Shown here in pieces: positions 13,889 to 26,232 of a DNA stretch of 64,000 nt. The number at the start of each line of letters is the position of its first letter. Within the stretch, counting starts at the first letter, position 1. The notes under the pieces were generated by a model. That model was given only the letters and a program-made list of their open reading frames with translations. It made no database searches and had not been told where the DNA came from. A program made the position numbers and the translations under genes. The stretch comes from Octopus bimaculoides (taxonomy: Eukaryota). The stretch is from positions 2,942,676-3,006,675 of the forward strand of contig NC_068981.1 in assembly GCF_001194135.2 (NCBI RefSeq). Reading direction: 5' to 3'.

Positions 13889-14167
13889 CTGATTATTATG
13901 CATAAAATGCAAAATATTTTATTTTTTTGTAGATTAGGTAGGCATCATTTGTCCCTGCTTTTCAATCTCAGTATTTAAGCTACCCATAATATTGCAGTAG
14001 TGCATGTGCTGTGTATACTCCTGCACTGCTTTCTTTACATGCTATAAAGGCAGAAGAAAATCTGCCTTCAACTCAGTTGCGTGCCTGTGTTTTGCTTATT
14101 TTTTGTGTTTTACTATATAAAGGTCACCAACTGCCCACCCTGAGCAATTACTGACGGCATGGGCCTG
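13889..14167. repeat. Unclassified 280-bp repeat, copy 1 (copy 2 at 15216-15491, same orientation)
   Basis: Colinear alignment by eye, starting CTGATTA(T/C)TATGCATAAAATGCAAAATATTTTATT and ending CCCTGAGCAAT(T/C)ACTGAC. Confidence 0.85.
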
Positions 14168-15215
14168 GTCTGTAGTTTCGAAGGTAAGACTCCTGGCAGT
14201 TTGCTGTGCTTGAAAAGACACATCAAGCTAAGTAAAAGTGTGGTTGTCCTTGCATACAGGCTTGTCCCCTGCATCTCTCTCCAGCTGGGCATCCTTAACC
14301 TTGCAGGCTCATGGGTGCTGGTGCCAGGTAAAAAGCACCCATACCAATGTCACATGAACATACCCATGCCAATGCTGCGTAAAAGCACCCAGCACACTCT
14401 GTAAAGAGCATCCAGCCATAGAAACCATGTCGTAACAGACATGGAGCTTGGATAATTCTTCAGCTAGCCAGTTCCTGTCAAACTGCCCAATCCATTCCAG
14501 CATGGAAAGAGGATGTTAATGATGATGATGATGATGATGAATATCATTATCAAATTTCTGTTGAAATATGATTGCCTTTGCATTAATTGAATTTGAAAAT
14601 TATGATGAATTTAGTAAAATGACTCGTTATTGGAGCTAGTGCTTCAAATATGAATTAACATGAAATAAGTTCTAATATCTCTTAACGATGGTTTAATAAT
14701 GTTCAGCTGTGTTGCCAGCATCCCTTGAGATGTTGCATACTTTATGATCAACTAACATCACCTAACATCCACTAAACACATGACCTGTTGTACCTTTCAA
14801 CCAAATGAGCAGAATCGTTAGAGAACATCCAATGAAATGCCTGAAGTATTAAATTACATGCCTTTACATTTTGATTTCAAATCCCAATGAGACCAACTTT
14901 GCTTCTCATCATTCTAGGATCAATAAAATAAAGTATCGATCGAGTACTGAGGCTGATTGAATATTTCTATAAAGCATCCTAGATATCTGGGGGCTTTTTT
15001 TATGTTGGTCAATGGGCTGCGACCATGCTGTAGCATCATACTCAAGAGTTTTACTTGATAGCTTAGTGGGAAATTAATAACAGAAGGTATTTCTCTTTGA
15101 ATCAGGGACATGCTGCCAAGGTAGGCAGTGCCTACTTGAATAAAATAGATCGATAGCAACAATTTCCATTTATGGCAAAATATGAACCTAATTCAATAAA
15201 ATTAAGATGGTTACC

Positions 15216-15491
15216 CTGATTACTATGCATAAAATGCAAAATATTTTATTTTTTTGTAGATTAGATCGGCATAATTCACCCCTGCATTTCAATTTCAGTA
15301 TTAAAGCTATGCATAGCACTGCTGTGGTACATGTGCTGTGTACATTCCTACAACACTGTTTTCTTTATGTGCTATAAAGGCAAAAGTAAATCTGCCTTCA
15401 ATTCAATCGCTCACCTGTGTTTCGCTTATTTTTTGTGTATTTTACTACATAAAACTGCCTACCCTGAGCAATCACTGACAGCACGTGCCTG
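15216..15491. repeat. Unclassified 280-bp repeat, copy 2
   Basis: Direct repeat of 13889-14167. Confidence 0.85.
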
Positions 15492-16329
15492 CTTTGAATG
15501 TTCTGGTTTTCCAACCCATGCTCTGCTGATATAAGCATATTTGTATGTATATAAGCATCCACACATATTTATATCATCATTTGAAATCCACTTTTCCATG
15601 TTTACATAGGTCAAACAGAATTTATTGAGGCAGATTTTTCTCCGGCCTGATACCCTTCTTGTCACCAATGTTCAGTCATTTCCAAGTAAGGTGATACTTC
15701 TCCATAGTTAGGTTTTGGGGGTTTTTTTTTAAACAAAAGATTGGAAATGAAGGACATCACTTGTTAACTAATGATATCAAGCAAAGAGAGACACATACAA
15801 ACACAAACTAAACTGGCATTCCATTGGTTATGACGAAGAGGGTTCCAGTTGATCTGACCAATGGGACAGCCTGCTCAAGAGATTGACATGCAAGTGGCTG
15901 AGGTACTACTTCACAGGACATACATTATCACATACATACATGCATGACAGGCTTGTTTCAGATAATTTCAGAGCTGCCATTGATATGATGAAAAGTAAGT
16001 CTAAAAACATTGAAGAGATGTGAGAGCAGAAACAAATAAAGTTGTGCCATAGACTCCTCAAGGACAAAGAACACAGGTAAAACTTCTGAGAGGAGGCTAA
16101 CAGGATTTGGTGGGGTTGTCATAAAAAAAATTGGAGATGGTCATTGCTGGAATGCCTACTCAATCAGGATTGAGCTAGAGCAGTGGTTCCCAAAGTGAGT
16201 GGTATTGCCCCCTGCTGGGGGCAGTTCCAAGAGGGTGTTGAAAAAAAGTGGGGCAATTATGGGGTAGCAATTCATGTAAAAACAACAAAATAATGGGTTC
16301 ATTAGGTTTAGTTTTATTTGTGAAATACA

Positions 16330-16515
16330 GTTGCTTCGAATTGGCTTCAGAAAGAGGTGTATGATCCCAGTGCGTAACTGGTACTTAATTTATCGACCCC
16401 AAAAGGATGAAAGGCAAAGTCGACTTCGGTGGAATTTGAACTCAGAACATAACGGCAGACGAAATACCGCTAAGCATTTCACCCGGCGTGCTAACGTTTC
16501 TGCCAGCTCGCTGCT
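16330..16515 (-). mobile_element. tRNA-derived SINE with Meta-like central domain (family C)
   Basis: Reverse strand reads GCGAGCTGGCAGAAACG (A-box), GAGTTCAAATTCC (B-box), then GTCGACTTTGCCTTTCATCCTTTTGGGGTCGATAAATTAAGTACCAG, which resembles the MetaSINE domain as I recall it. Other copies near 6705, 23580, 27645, 45215 and 54427. Confidence 0.7.
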
Positions 16516-17527
16516 GTTCCTCTCACAAATTAGTTTCTCTCTACCGAATACCCACATTGCTTTCACAAGCCACCTTCAACAAACAAACAATCTCTCTCCT
16601 CAGTTGTCAAGATCTATTGCCAATTGTTCTCTGTATATTTTATCTCTTATGTTGGAAAGCTATATTTTTATTCTTTGCTTATACTAATTCTTTAAAATAT
16701 TAAATCGATTATTAGTGAGAGCAACTTTTTATATTATCTAGCACTGGTTATCAATTTTTTTTTAAGCTATTATTATTTCAGGCAAGTATATTGACACAGA
16801 AACACTATTGGCTATTATTTTTAATATTATAATACTACTTAATATTTTATAAATCGCATTATCTTTAATGTTGGCGTTTAAAATATTGGAAGATCACAAA
16901 TACATTTACTGTATTTAATAAAATCCATAAAGATAAGTTAGTGTCATGAGAAGAGAGGGGTAAGTTCTGACATTTGGGGGAGGGCTTTTCAAAGAAACGA
17001 GAAAACATGTTGAAAATGAGAAAGAGAGAAAAAAAATTTGTTTACTCTTGTTTCTTCAAAGAATCTGGTCCTCTCATTCTTTCTGGCTGTATTTCTGTTC
17101 TATTTTTAATAATTTGCTATGACTAAAAGCAGTGTTTTTCATTAATAGTTTATGAATGAAATTGTACTGATATTAACTGAGCCGAAATCAACCCATTATT
17201 CTATGTGTTGCCAAAGTGTAAGAGAACCTTTTGTCGAAATTAGTTCCTTCAGTTCACGAAATGTTCTTTTAGAAAGAACATTTCACAAGTCAGAGAAATT
17301 TCTGATTTTATGGTTAGATTTGGAATAAATTATGAATTGCTGTTTTGTGTGCTGGATGCTTAGCCCTTTTAAAACCAACCCATTTTTGACCACTCCTTGT
17401 TCTATGAGTCAAGTTTCCTACTTTGAAGCAAAATTTCATGTTAATTTATGATCCAAACATATTGATAATAGTTGCATTACTAAATTCTTTATCATTTTCA
17501 AAATTAACAGAAACAAAAATAGTGTAC

Positions 17528-17734
17528 TCTTTACTCTTTTACTTGTTTCAGTCATTTGACTGCGGTCATGCTGGAGCACCGCCTTTAGTCGAGAAAATCG
17601 ACCCCAGGACATATTCTTTGTAAGCCTAGTACTTATTCTATCGGTCTCTTTTTGCCAAACCGCTACATTACGGAGACGTAAACACACCAGCATCAGTTGT
17701 CAAGCGATGTTGGGGGGACAAACACAGACACACA

Positions 17735-17772
<38 letters not shown>

Positions 17773-17866
17773 CACACATATATACGACGGGCTTCTTTCA
17801 GTTTCCATATACCAAATTCACTCACAAGGCTTTGGTCGGCCCTAGGCTATAGTAGAAGACACTTGC
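17528..17866 (-). mobile_element. CORE-SINE family A, 5'-truncated
   Basis: Reverse complement of the family A 3' two-thirds with internal (TA)n. Confidence 0.88.
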
Positions 17867-18342
17867 CACATAAAAGGCACCCGTGCTGGCAAGCAAGTTT
17901 GAAGAAAGACGAAAATATTTAGTAGATTTAATACTAAATTAGGGGTGCGACTAATACATGAGTAAATATGGCAAGTTTATTCTCATGTATCAATTAAGTG
18001 AATAAAGAAAATAGCCCAATGTAAATGGATTCATCCATTTACTTGTTGAATTATACCAAATACCATTTACTGAAAATTAGAATTTTTGTCAGTTCTTCAC
18101 ACACAACTATACTGTCATATATGTAACTATTTTTTTTGTTTTGATTTCATGCACGCACAAAATCAAAATACTCGTTTTTGTAAGAAATGTGTTTTTCCTT
18201 AGCAGGGAAACTATCAACTCTATAGATGTGGCTTTTACTTCCCATTTTTGTCATAGTTTCTTCTTAACAGAAGCAAACTTGTTGCTATTTTCATTTAAAC
18301 TGCCATGTGTTGCTATTGATTTTAATAATTCATCCCAGGTTG

Positions 18343-18451
18343 TGTTAATTAACTATTTCCAAATCTACTTCATGCTCTTGTATAAGCTGTATGCTTCTAG
18401 CATAGAACTTAAACAAGAGTATGAAGTAAATTTGGAAATAGTTAATTAACA
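18343..18451. repeat. Near-perfect palindrome, 53-bp arms, 3-nt loop (foldback/MITE-like)
   Basis: Arms 18343-18395 and 18399-18451 differ at 5 positions; TTAATTAA lies near both ends. Confidence 0.9.
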
Positions 18452-18677
18452 AAACTTACACTAACATTTCAATTGTATAGACCAGTGTGAGGACTGGTTG
18501 AGTGGCTGCAGAGAAAATATCTGAAACTGAACTCTCTCTCTCTCTCTAACTCTATATATATTTCAGTATTGTTTTGGGGTGTTTCCGTGCATATCCCAAA
18601 CCCTTCGACTAAACGCTTCCAGACAGTGCCTCAGCATGGCCACAGTCCCAAAACTGAAACAAGTAAAAGATATCATA

Positions 18678-19073
18678 GGCACAGGAGTGGCTGTGTGGTA
18701 AGTAGCTTGCTTACAAACCACATGGTTCTGGGTTCAGTCCCACTGTGTGGCACCTTGGGCAAATGTCTTCTACTATAGCCTCAGGCCGACCAAAGCCTTG
18801 TGAGAGGATTTGGTAGATGGAAACTGAAAGAAGCCCATCGTATATATACATATGTGTGTGTGTGTGTGTGTGTATGTGCCTGTGCTTGTTCCCCCAATAT
18901 CGCTCAACAACTGATGCTGGTGTGTTTACATCTCCATAACTTAGCGGTTCGGCAAAAGATCCCGATAGAATAAGTACTAGGCTTGCAAAGAATATGTCCT
19001 GGGGTTGATTTGCTTGACTAAAGGCAGTGCTCCAGCATGGCCACAATCAAATGACTGAAACAAGTAAAAGAGT
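18678..19073 (+). mobile_element. CORE-SINE family A, full length
   Basis: A-box, B-box GGTTCAGTCCC, CACCTTGGGCAAATG, internal (TG)n, tail. Confidence 0.9.
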
Positions 19074-19879
19074 GAAAAATCAATGAAATTTTTAGCTCTT
19101 GAATAGCACACAATACTATCTTCAGCTTCCTCTTTGGTAATTTCAGGCCACTCTTATTTCATCATAGTAACCAGCTGCTCTATCTCACACACATAATAAA
19201 AATAAATCCACTTTATCTTCTCTCATCTGGCTTCATAAGTCTAAGATATCTATCAAACAGGATAATAAATTTATCAAAAGGCCTGAGTAGAATTATCCTT
19301 TAACAGAGGAGAGTTGATTCATATTAAAAACAGTTGATTACAGTAACTTCTCAAGTGTGAAAATTGTTGTAATCCATAATTTCAAGAAGTCAATAAGCAA
19401 CCAAACACATATTTCACACTTCACAAGTTGTCGAATAACAAAGTCGTTTTAGCAAGATTTCATACTAGAAGCAGAGCTGCTTTACAACAGGCCAGTACAC
19501 ACATGCACAGGACTCTCGTGATCTCACATAATTCCACTGTTATTGACAATGGGAGGCAGTTACAGCATATCCTTCAGTACATTTCAGTTTGAGTTTTGTG
19601 TTGTAAAAATAGTTTCATTTATATATTAGGTATTTGCTGCAACACAAAGCAGGCTTCAAACAGTCTGTATTTGTGTATATGGTTCTGTTGTTACTAAGTG
19701 CTTTATGACCATATCTTAATTCATTACTTCCCAAATAATATAGCAATAGTGTCTTTAACTCGTTTCAATCATTGGATTGCGGCCATGCTAGGACATTGAA
19801 GAATTTTGATGATTGCAGACACTAGTATTTGAGAGGACAAGAGTTCTTAACTCATGGCAATTATGTTTCAGGACACAGT

Positions 19880-20490
19880 ACTAACAAGCAAAACATTAGT
19901 CATGAAACACTATAATAATGTAGTTCTATGTTAATATATTTAGAAATGGAACACTTACAATACGGTATCTAGTTGTGGAACCCAAAGTGTTTTAACAAGT
20001 GGAACACTTCAATAACGTATTTAACTTTTTGACACCACCCAGCCTGTCCCTGGTTCCACGTTACTAATTTCTTGTTCAATCTTCCAGCATAATTTCATGA
20101 TTATTAATCTTGTTTGGAACAGACATTAAGACAAAATTATTTTATTAAACTTTTCATTATTTTCAAAACTAATTGAAAGAAAGCATTTCAACAGAATTAT
20201 GATAAAAAGAGTAAAAATGGAACTCTTTGGACAATGTGTTTATAAATGGGACACTACAAAAACATGTTTAGTATTGGAACTTATATTTACAAGTAGAACA
20301 CAATAACATATTTACAAATGAAACACACAGAAATATGTTTAGAAATGGAACACTACAATTACATATTTACAAATTAAGCATGATGCGTTTAGAACTGAAA
20401 CACTACAACAATGCGTTTATAACTGGATCACAGCAATAAGATTTCTAAAAGTGGAACATGGCAATAATGTATTTGGAAGAAATATCAATT
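19880..20490. repeat. Degenerate minisatellite of about 25-30 bp (core TTTAGAAATGGAACACTACAATAA), interrupted by a piggyBac-like MITE at 20021-20214
   Basis: Roughly a dozen recurrences of the (T/G)GGAACAC core at regular spacing. Confidence 0.7.
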
Positions 20491-20693
20491 GGTAATCAAC
20501 ACTGCTCCACACATGTAATTTCAAATTAGCAAACTGTGACATTAATCAATATCAAATAATTAAATATATTTGATCTTCAACTGTTTTAGTTTTTGGTCCT
20601 ACCTTACAATTAATGCAACCATGTCTTTCTTTCAGTTCTACAAGCAGTCATAAAAGTCTAGGTTACATTTCCACATAGACATAACTAACACAG

Positions 20694-20729
<36 letters not shown>

Positions 20730-20740
20730 NNNNNNNNNNA

Positions 20741-21094
20741 AACTGTCGTATGTCCAAATTTGGCCAAATGCGTTTTTTCATTATTTAATTTTGCTTGTAA
20801 TAGTCGGTTCTTTTGGTCAAACTATCATATCTTCAGCTGCTTCAGATGAAAAATTGTCAAAGTGTAGTACAACGGTTCAGCATTTTTCAAAAGCGTAGTA
20901 AGTCCCACATACAACAGTTTTGCAAAAATATTTCTGACTGAAAATATCATACAAGCATGGAGTTGCGATTTTATGCACCCAACAAAGTATTATTGTTAGG
21001 ATGAAACTGTTGCTAATGTAAACAGAAATGGAATGGTGAAACTATTTTTCCATTTTCTGAAGAAGCAATATTTTGGCCTTACAACACTTTTGCA
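20741..21094. repeat. Unclassified 350-bp interspersed repeat, copy 1 (inverted copy at 28963-29303)
   Basis: Long colinear reverse-complement match, including ATGCACCCAACAAAGTATTATTGTTAGGATGAAACTGTTGCTAATGTAAACAGAAATGGAATGGTGAAAC. Confidence 0.9.
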
Positions 21095-21126
21095 GAATAG
21101 CAACGAGATATATATATGTGTGTGCG

Positions 21127-21167
<41 letters not shown>

Positions 21168-21170
<3 letters not shown>

Positions 21171-21556
21171 CGCAGGCATGATTATGTGGTAAGAAGCTTG
21201 CTTCTCAACCACATGGTTCCAAGTTCAGTCCCACTTCATGGCACCTTGGGCAAGTGTCTTCTACTATAGCCTTGGGCTGACCAAAACCTTGTTTGTGGAT
21301 TTCATGGGTAGAAACTGAAAGAAGCACATAATATGTATACACATGTGTGTGTGTGTGTGCGTGGTGTTTGTCCCCCAACACCATTTGACAACCGCTGTTG
21401 TTGTGTTTATGTCCCTGTAACTTTGCAGTTTAGAAAAAAGAATAGAATCAGTACCAGGCTTAAAAAAAAAAAGTACTGGAGTTGATTCATTCAACAAAAA
21501 ATTCCTCAAGGTGGTGCCCCAGGATGGCCACAATTTAATAACTGAAACAAGTAAAT
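21168..21556 (+). mobile_element. CORE-SINE family A
   Basis: Same head, CORE and tail motifs as 1024-1428. Confidence 0.88.
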
Positions 21557-21939
21557 CATTATATATATGAGAGACTATTCTAAGATGGGGACATGCAAAA
21601 GCCAATGAAAGTAAGTCCCATTATGGCTGACTGTTGTTATCAAACCAATTACATGAACAGCAACATCATGTCTCCAAGTAAAAGGACACACAATCAAAAT
21701 TGTCTCACACATAAGTACTTTTTGACCACTGCCATTACTCTACACTTATATTTGTGTCTGCATCATAGTAGTGACGAGACGATTAACAATAGGTAAGAGA
21801 GGAAGTGGCAGAAGGACAAACAAACAACCTGGCAACATTATAACAAAGTGAAGGAGAAAATGAGGAGTGTATGGCTGGAGAAAGAAAAAAAAGAATGTTC
21901 ACAGGTGGTAAAAATAAAAAAAGAACAAAGACCCCTTTC

Positions 21940-22245
21940 AGTTACAAATGACTATGGGATTGCACCTAGAAAGTTCCCCCTCCGAGGCACAAGTCCGAGC
22001 AAGGTTGTTTATGGAAGACCAGCAGTCGCCCATGCATACCAGCCTTCTCTCTCCACGCCACCGATGTTATCCAAGGGAAAGGCAAAGGGGCCGATACAAC
22101 TTGGCACCAGGGACATTGCAACTCATTTCTGCATTTGAGTGATCTGGAGCAGTGTGAAATAAAGTGTCTGGCTCAAAGAACACAACACACAGCCCAGTCC
22201 AGGAATCAAATGAAAGCCTGATACTCAAACCACCAAGCCATTGAA
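21940..22245 (-). mobile_element. Additional tRNA-type SINE family (minus strand)
   Basis: Reverse strand has a B-box-like TTTGATTCCTGG followed by GTGTTGTGTTCTTTGAGCCAGACACTTTATTTCAC; the same block occurs at 44330-44400 and 61975-62025. Confidence 0.55.
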
Positions 22246-22679
22246 CCTGAATAAATATATATATATAATTATAAATAAGGGGGGAAAAAAAAAAAAATTT
22301 CTATGCCAATATGCTGAAAAATAGACTTCAGATTGTCTAACCACATACAATATTTTTCACTATAAATACACGGTGTGTTTAAATGAGGAAAGGAAGCCAA
22401 TAGAAATTTTTAAAATTTGTTATTCCTGAATCAGACCGATTTCTGGATTAATCCAAAAGGATTCTTTCTTTATCAGCGAGAAATATGATAAGAATAAATG
22501 GAAAACTTACATATACCCATGGAAAAAGCAGATGCAAAGTCATGAGTACATTTAAGTACCTCAAATATATCTAAACAGAAATTCTGTAGCAAGCCCTTAT
22601 TTATAATTGCTTATAATTTTTACCTTAAAAGGTATTTATATATATATATATATATATATATNNNNNNNNNNTTAAATTT

Positions 22680-22850
22680 TTTTTCTCCTTGTTTCTCTCC
22701 TTATTTCTTTCTGTGTTCCTTTCAGTTGAAGAGCGTAGCTCGAAATGTTAAAGACTTTCTCTATTCCCGAGTGTTAAACTAATACATCCATTTGTTGTTT
22801 ACACCATCTGTCCTCGTCTGTTGTTTTTTTCGTAAATTCTCCCATATATA
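22680..22850 (+). mobile_element. Penelope-like terminal fragment, degenerate hammerhead
   Basis: CTTT CAGTTGA A GAGC GTA GCTC GAAATGTT AAAG at 22719-22753; homologous to 9300-9458. Confidence 0.55.
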
Positions 22851-22997
22851 TATATTTATTTCTATGACAAATTTCTAGGGCAATTTCTACAAAAATGTCA
22901 ATAGCCATCAAGATAAAAATGGTTTTAAGATGGGTACTTATTCTAAAAATTAGGAGCCAACGCTTGTTGCATTGCGAAATAAAGCTAGAGGCCTTAT

Positions 22998-23366
22998 TTC
23001 ATCTTTTACTTGTTTCAGTCATTGGACTGCAGCCATGTTGGGGCACTGCCTTGAACGGTTTAGTCAACCCCAAACAAATCAATCCCAGTACTTATAAGTC
23101 CGGTATTTATTCTAGCTCTTCTGTTAAAAGACTAAGTTAAAGGGAAGTAAACAAACCAACACCAGTTGTCAAGCAGTGATGGGGTAAACACAAACACACA
23201 CAGCAGGCTTCCACACAGTTTCCATCTACCAAATTCACTCACAAGACATTGGTAGACCTAAGGTGATAGCAGAAGACACCTGCCCAAGATGTTGCACACA
23301 GTGGGATTGAACCCAAAATCATATGGCTGCAAAGTGAGCTCTTAGCCACACAGCCATGGCTGTGCC
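22998..23366 (-). mobile_element. CORE-SINE family A, diverged
   Basis: Reverse complement of head, CORE and tail motifs. Confidence 0.85.
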
Positions 23367-23715
23367 TCATCTGTCGAAAATTTTCATAAAAGTTTTCCAA
23401 GTTTTAAAAGAATAAACCCGTCATTAATTAAACTTGAATCAACTAATTCAGAGATAATTAAACATTTTAAAAATAACTAACTTAACCACCATAGTACTTA
23501 ATACAAATAAAAGGTCATTGAAGAAACTTAGTATACAATGGTGAGTCATCTATTTTGAAATTGGTACAAACATTACAGTGTCAGAGAAAAATGCTGGTGT
23601 GAGTATTTGATACGATACTCAGTACTCCGAGTTCAAAGCACACTGGGGTCAAATTTGCTTTTTGTCCTTTCAGAGTCAGTTAAAAAGAGTGTTAATGCAG
23701 GGTAATGGACTAGAG

Positions 23716-23948
23716 CAGTGGTCCTCATCTAGGGTTCATATGGCCTTTTGGGGGTCCATATAAGGTTTTGTTGTTAAAATTTATCTGCAATAAATTGGTT
23801 GGACTTCTATCATACACAGAAGATTTTAATTTTTTATACAATTCCTAATAATATTTAATTATAAACATGGGATTTTTATTTAACATTGAATGGCTATGGC
23901 AGCGGGCAGCAGAGGGGCCGATAGGCAAAAAATGATAGAGAATCACTG
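23716..23948. mobile_element. hAT (Charlie-like) MITE
   Basis: TIRs CAGTGGTCCTC / GAGAATCACTG and 8-bp target duplication GACTAGAG (23708-23715) / GACTAGAA (23949-23956). Related ends near 16181, 31885 and 43473. Confidence 0.8.
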
Positions 23949-25937
23949 GACTAGAACAACTTAAAGAATAGGAGACCAAATGTTGCTGCTGTATTTGTTC
24001 TTGCACTTTAAGTACTGAATCCAAACCCCAGTGACTTACTTGAAAAATAACAAGGAAGAGTCTGTCTCTCTGTCACACTATAACCTTTCATCATCTGACA
24101 CAAGATCACCTCCTCCAATGCCTCCTCCCTTCTCAAAAGATTTTTTTTGTCCTGAAAAGTACTTGGTAACCCTGTCAGTGCTGGTGCCAATTACAAAGCA
24201 TCCAGTCCACACTGTAAAGTGATTGGCATTTGGAAGGGTATCCAGCTGTAAAAACCTTGCCAAAACTGACCTCACCTGTGCTTGTGCCACATAAAAAGCA
24301 CTAAGTCCACTCAGCTGAGTGGCTGGTGTTAGGAAGGGCATCCAGCTGTAAAAATCCTGCCAAAACAATCACAGCAGTCTGGTGCAGGCTTCTGCCTGGT
24401 CAGCTCTTGTTAAACTGTTCCACCCATGCCAGCATGGAAAGCGGACATTAAACAGTGATGATGATGAGTATGAAAAGGAGACTGATGATGATGATGATAA
24501 AGAGAAAGAGAATGATGAAACACATAGAACTGGTGTAAGAAAGGTTCTAGTAATTGAGAACTTCAATTAGTAATAAAGACGTTTAATTAATTTTAAAATA
24601 TTTTTTAAGCTATTTCACTGTTACAATAAATATGGTAGCAAGACAAATTAATAGCTGCCTTAGTGACCTCAGATTTTGAGTCATGTTGATACATAAAATA
24701 AGAACCAGTGTCAGAGGGAAGGAAAGAGGCCAAGAGGGACAAACAATAATTTACCAAGTGAAAACTTAGATTAATTTTATCCTCTGCAAAATGTCACATG
24801 GTCACAAATCCTCCAGTTCTGAAACCCATTTTGGGAAAAATAGGTTAAGGGAATATTTCCTTTTAAGTTTTATTTGTCAGCAAGACGTCTGAAACAAAAT
24901 ATTTTAATTACCATTAATAGCTTTATTAATCTACTGCTGCTGCTTTTCTTAAATTATCCTAAACTAGTCAACGAGTGGGTATGCACCAAAGTCCTATTTT
25001 CACCCACTCATTCACCTCAATATTTTAGAACTTTAGGTTTGGGAATGTCTTTTAACCCTTTTGTTACTGAATTTCTGTCGAAATACACTACTTTTGTTTA
25101 CCTTTAACTGGCTTTTTTCATTAGACTGCAGCCATGCTGGGGCAACACCTTGAAGACTTTCTTGTCGAATGAACCAGCCTCAGTACTTATTTTTAAAGCC
25201 TGACACATTCTATTGGCTCCCTTTTGCCAAACTTCTAAGTTACAAGAATGTAAACACACATCTAAGTGATCTATGGATTCTAACCAGGAGTTATCACATA
25301 ATTGATCATCACTATAGTTGATCAAACACATTGATGTGCTTATCAGTGAATGGTTAAGATTTTTAAACACTAATTTGTTAGTGATACAGATGTTAGAAAA
25401 CTTCTAAATGAAGGAGATGAAGACATATCTCGGAATACTTTTCCTAATAGTTGTGCAACTTCTAGGTTACAAAGCTCACCGGAACACAAAATATATGTGA
25501 AAATACTTGTGTGTGTAATCAACTTACCTGTATTCAACATAACTGGGCAGGTGAAAGTGACATGACAACAGGTAACTATCAACACTTGGAAACTATATTC
25601 ACAATGTAGACCAATAATCATTATATCATATCAACAGACTCCAACTAAATTCATGCAATAGTTATATTTTGATGGTTTTTCTACTGGATTATGTGCATTG
25701 CATCGAAATCTCTAGATTCTGAGAAAAATGGGAAATTTATATAGAGGCATAGATGTGTAGTTAAGAAGCTTACTTCTCGACCATATGGTTTCAGGTTCAG
25801 TCCTGTGGCATGGTGTCTTCTATCAAAGCTCTGCATTGACCAAAATCTTGTGAGTGGATTTAGGAAACATAAACTGAAGGAATCTCAGTGTGTGTGTGCA
25901 CCTTATCTTGGAATTATGTGGTGGCTATATGAACATC

Positions 25938-26232
25938 ATCATCATCGTTTAACATCCGCTTTCCATGCTAGCATGAGTTGGACAATTTGACTGAGGACTG
26001 GCGAACCAGATGGCTGCACCAGGCTCCAATCTGATTTGGCAGAGTTTCTACAGCTGGATGCCCTTCCTAACGCCAACCACTCCGAGAGTGTAGTGGGTGC
26101 TTTTACGTGCCACCAGCATGAAGGCCAGTCAGGTGGTACTGGCAACGGCTACGTTCAAAATGGTGTATTTTACGTGCCACCTGCACGGGAGCCAGTCCAG
26201 CGGCACTGGTAACGATCTCGCTCAAATATCTT
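25938..26232 (-). mobile_element. Family B element
   Basis: Reverse complement of the family B consensus with (CAT)n tail at the left end; CpGs well preserved. Confidence 0.8.

Noticed and set aside
17258-17284. Short perfect hairpins (12-bp arms here and at 51556-51585; 9-bp arms near 63980)
   Set aside because: Short and AT-rich or isolated, with no supporting context; too weak to call.
19880-20490. CRISPR-like repeat-spacer array
   Set aside because: Eukaryotic context, highly degenerate units, no unique spacers and no cas genes.
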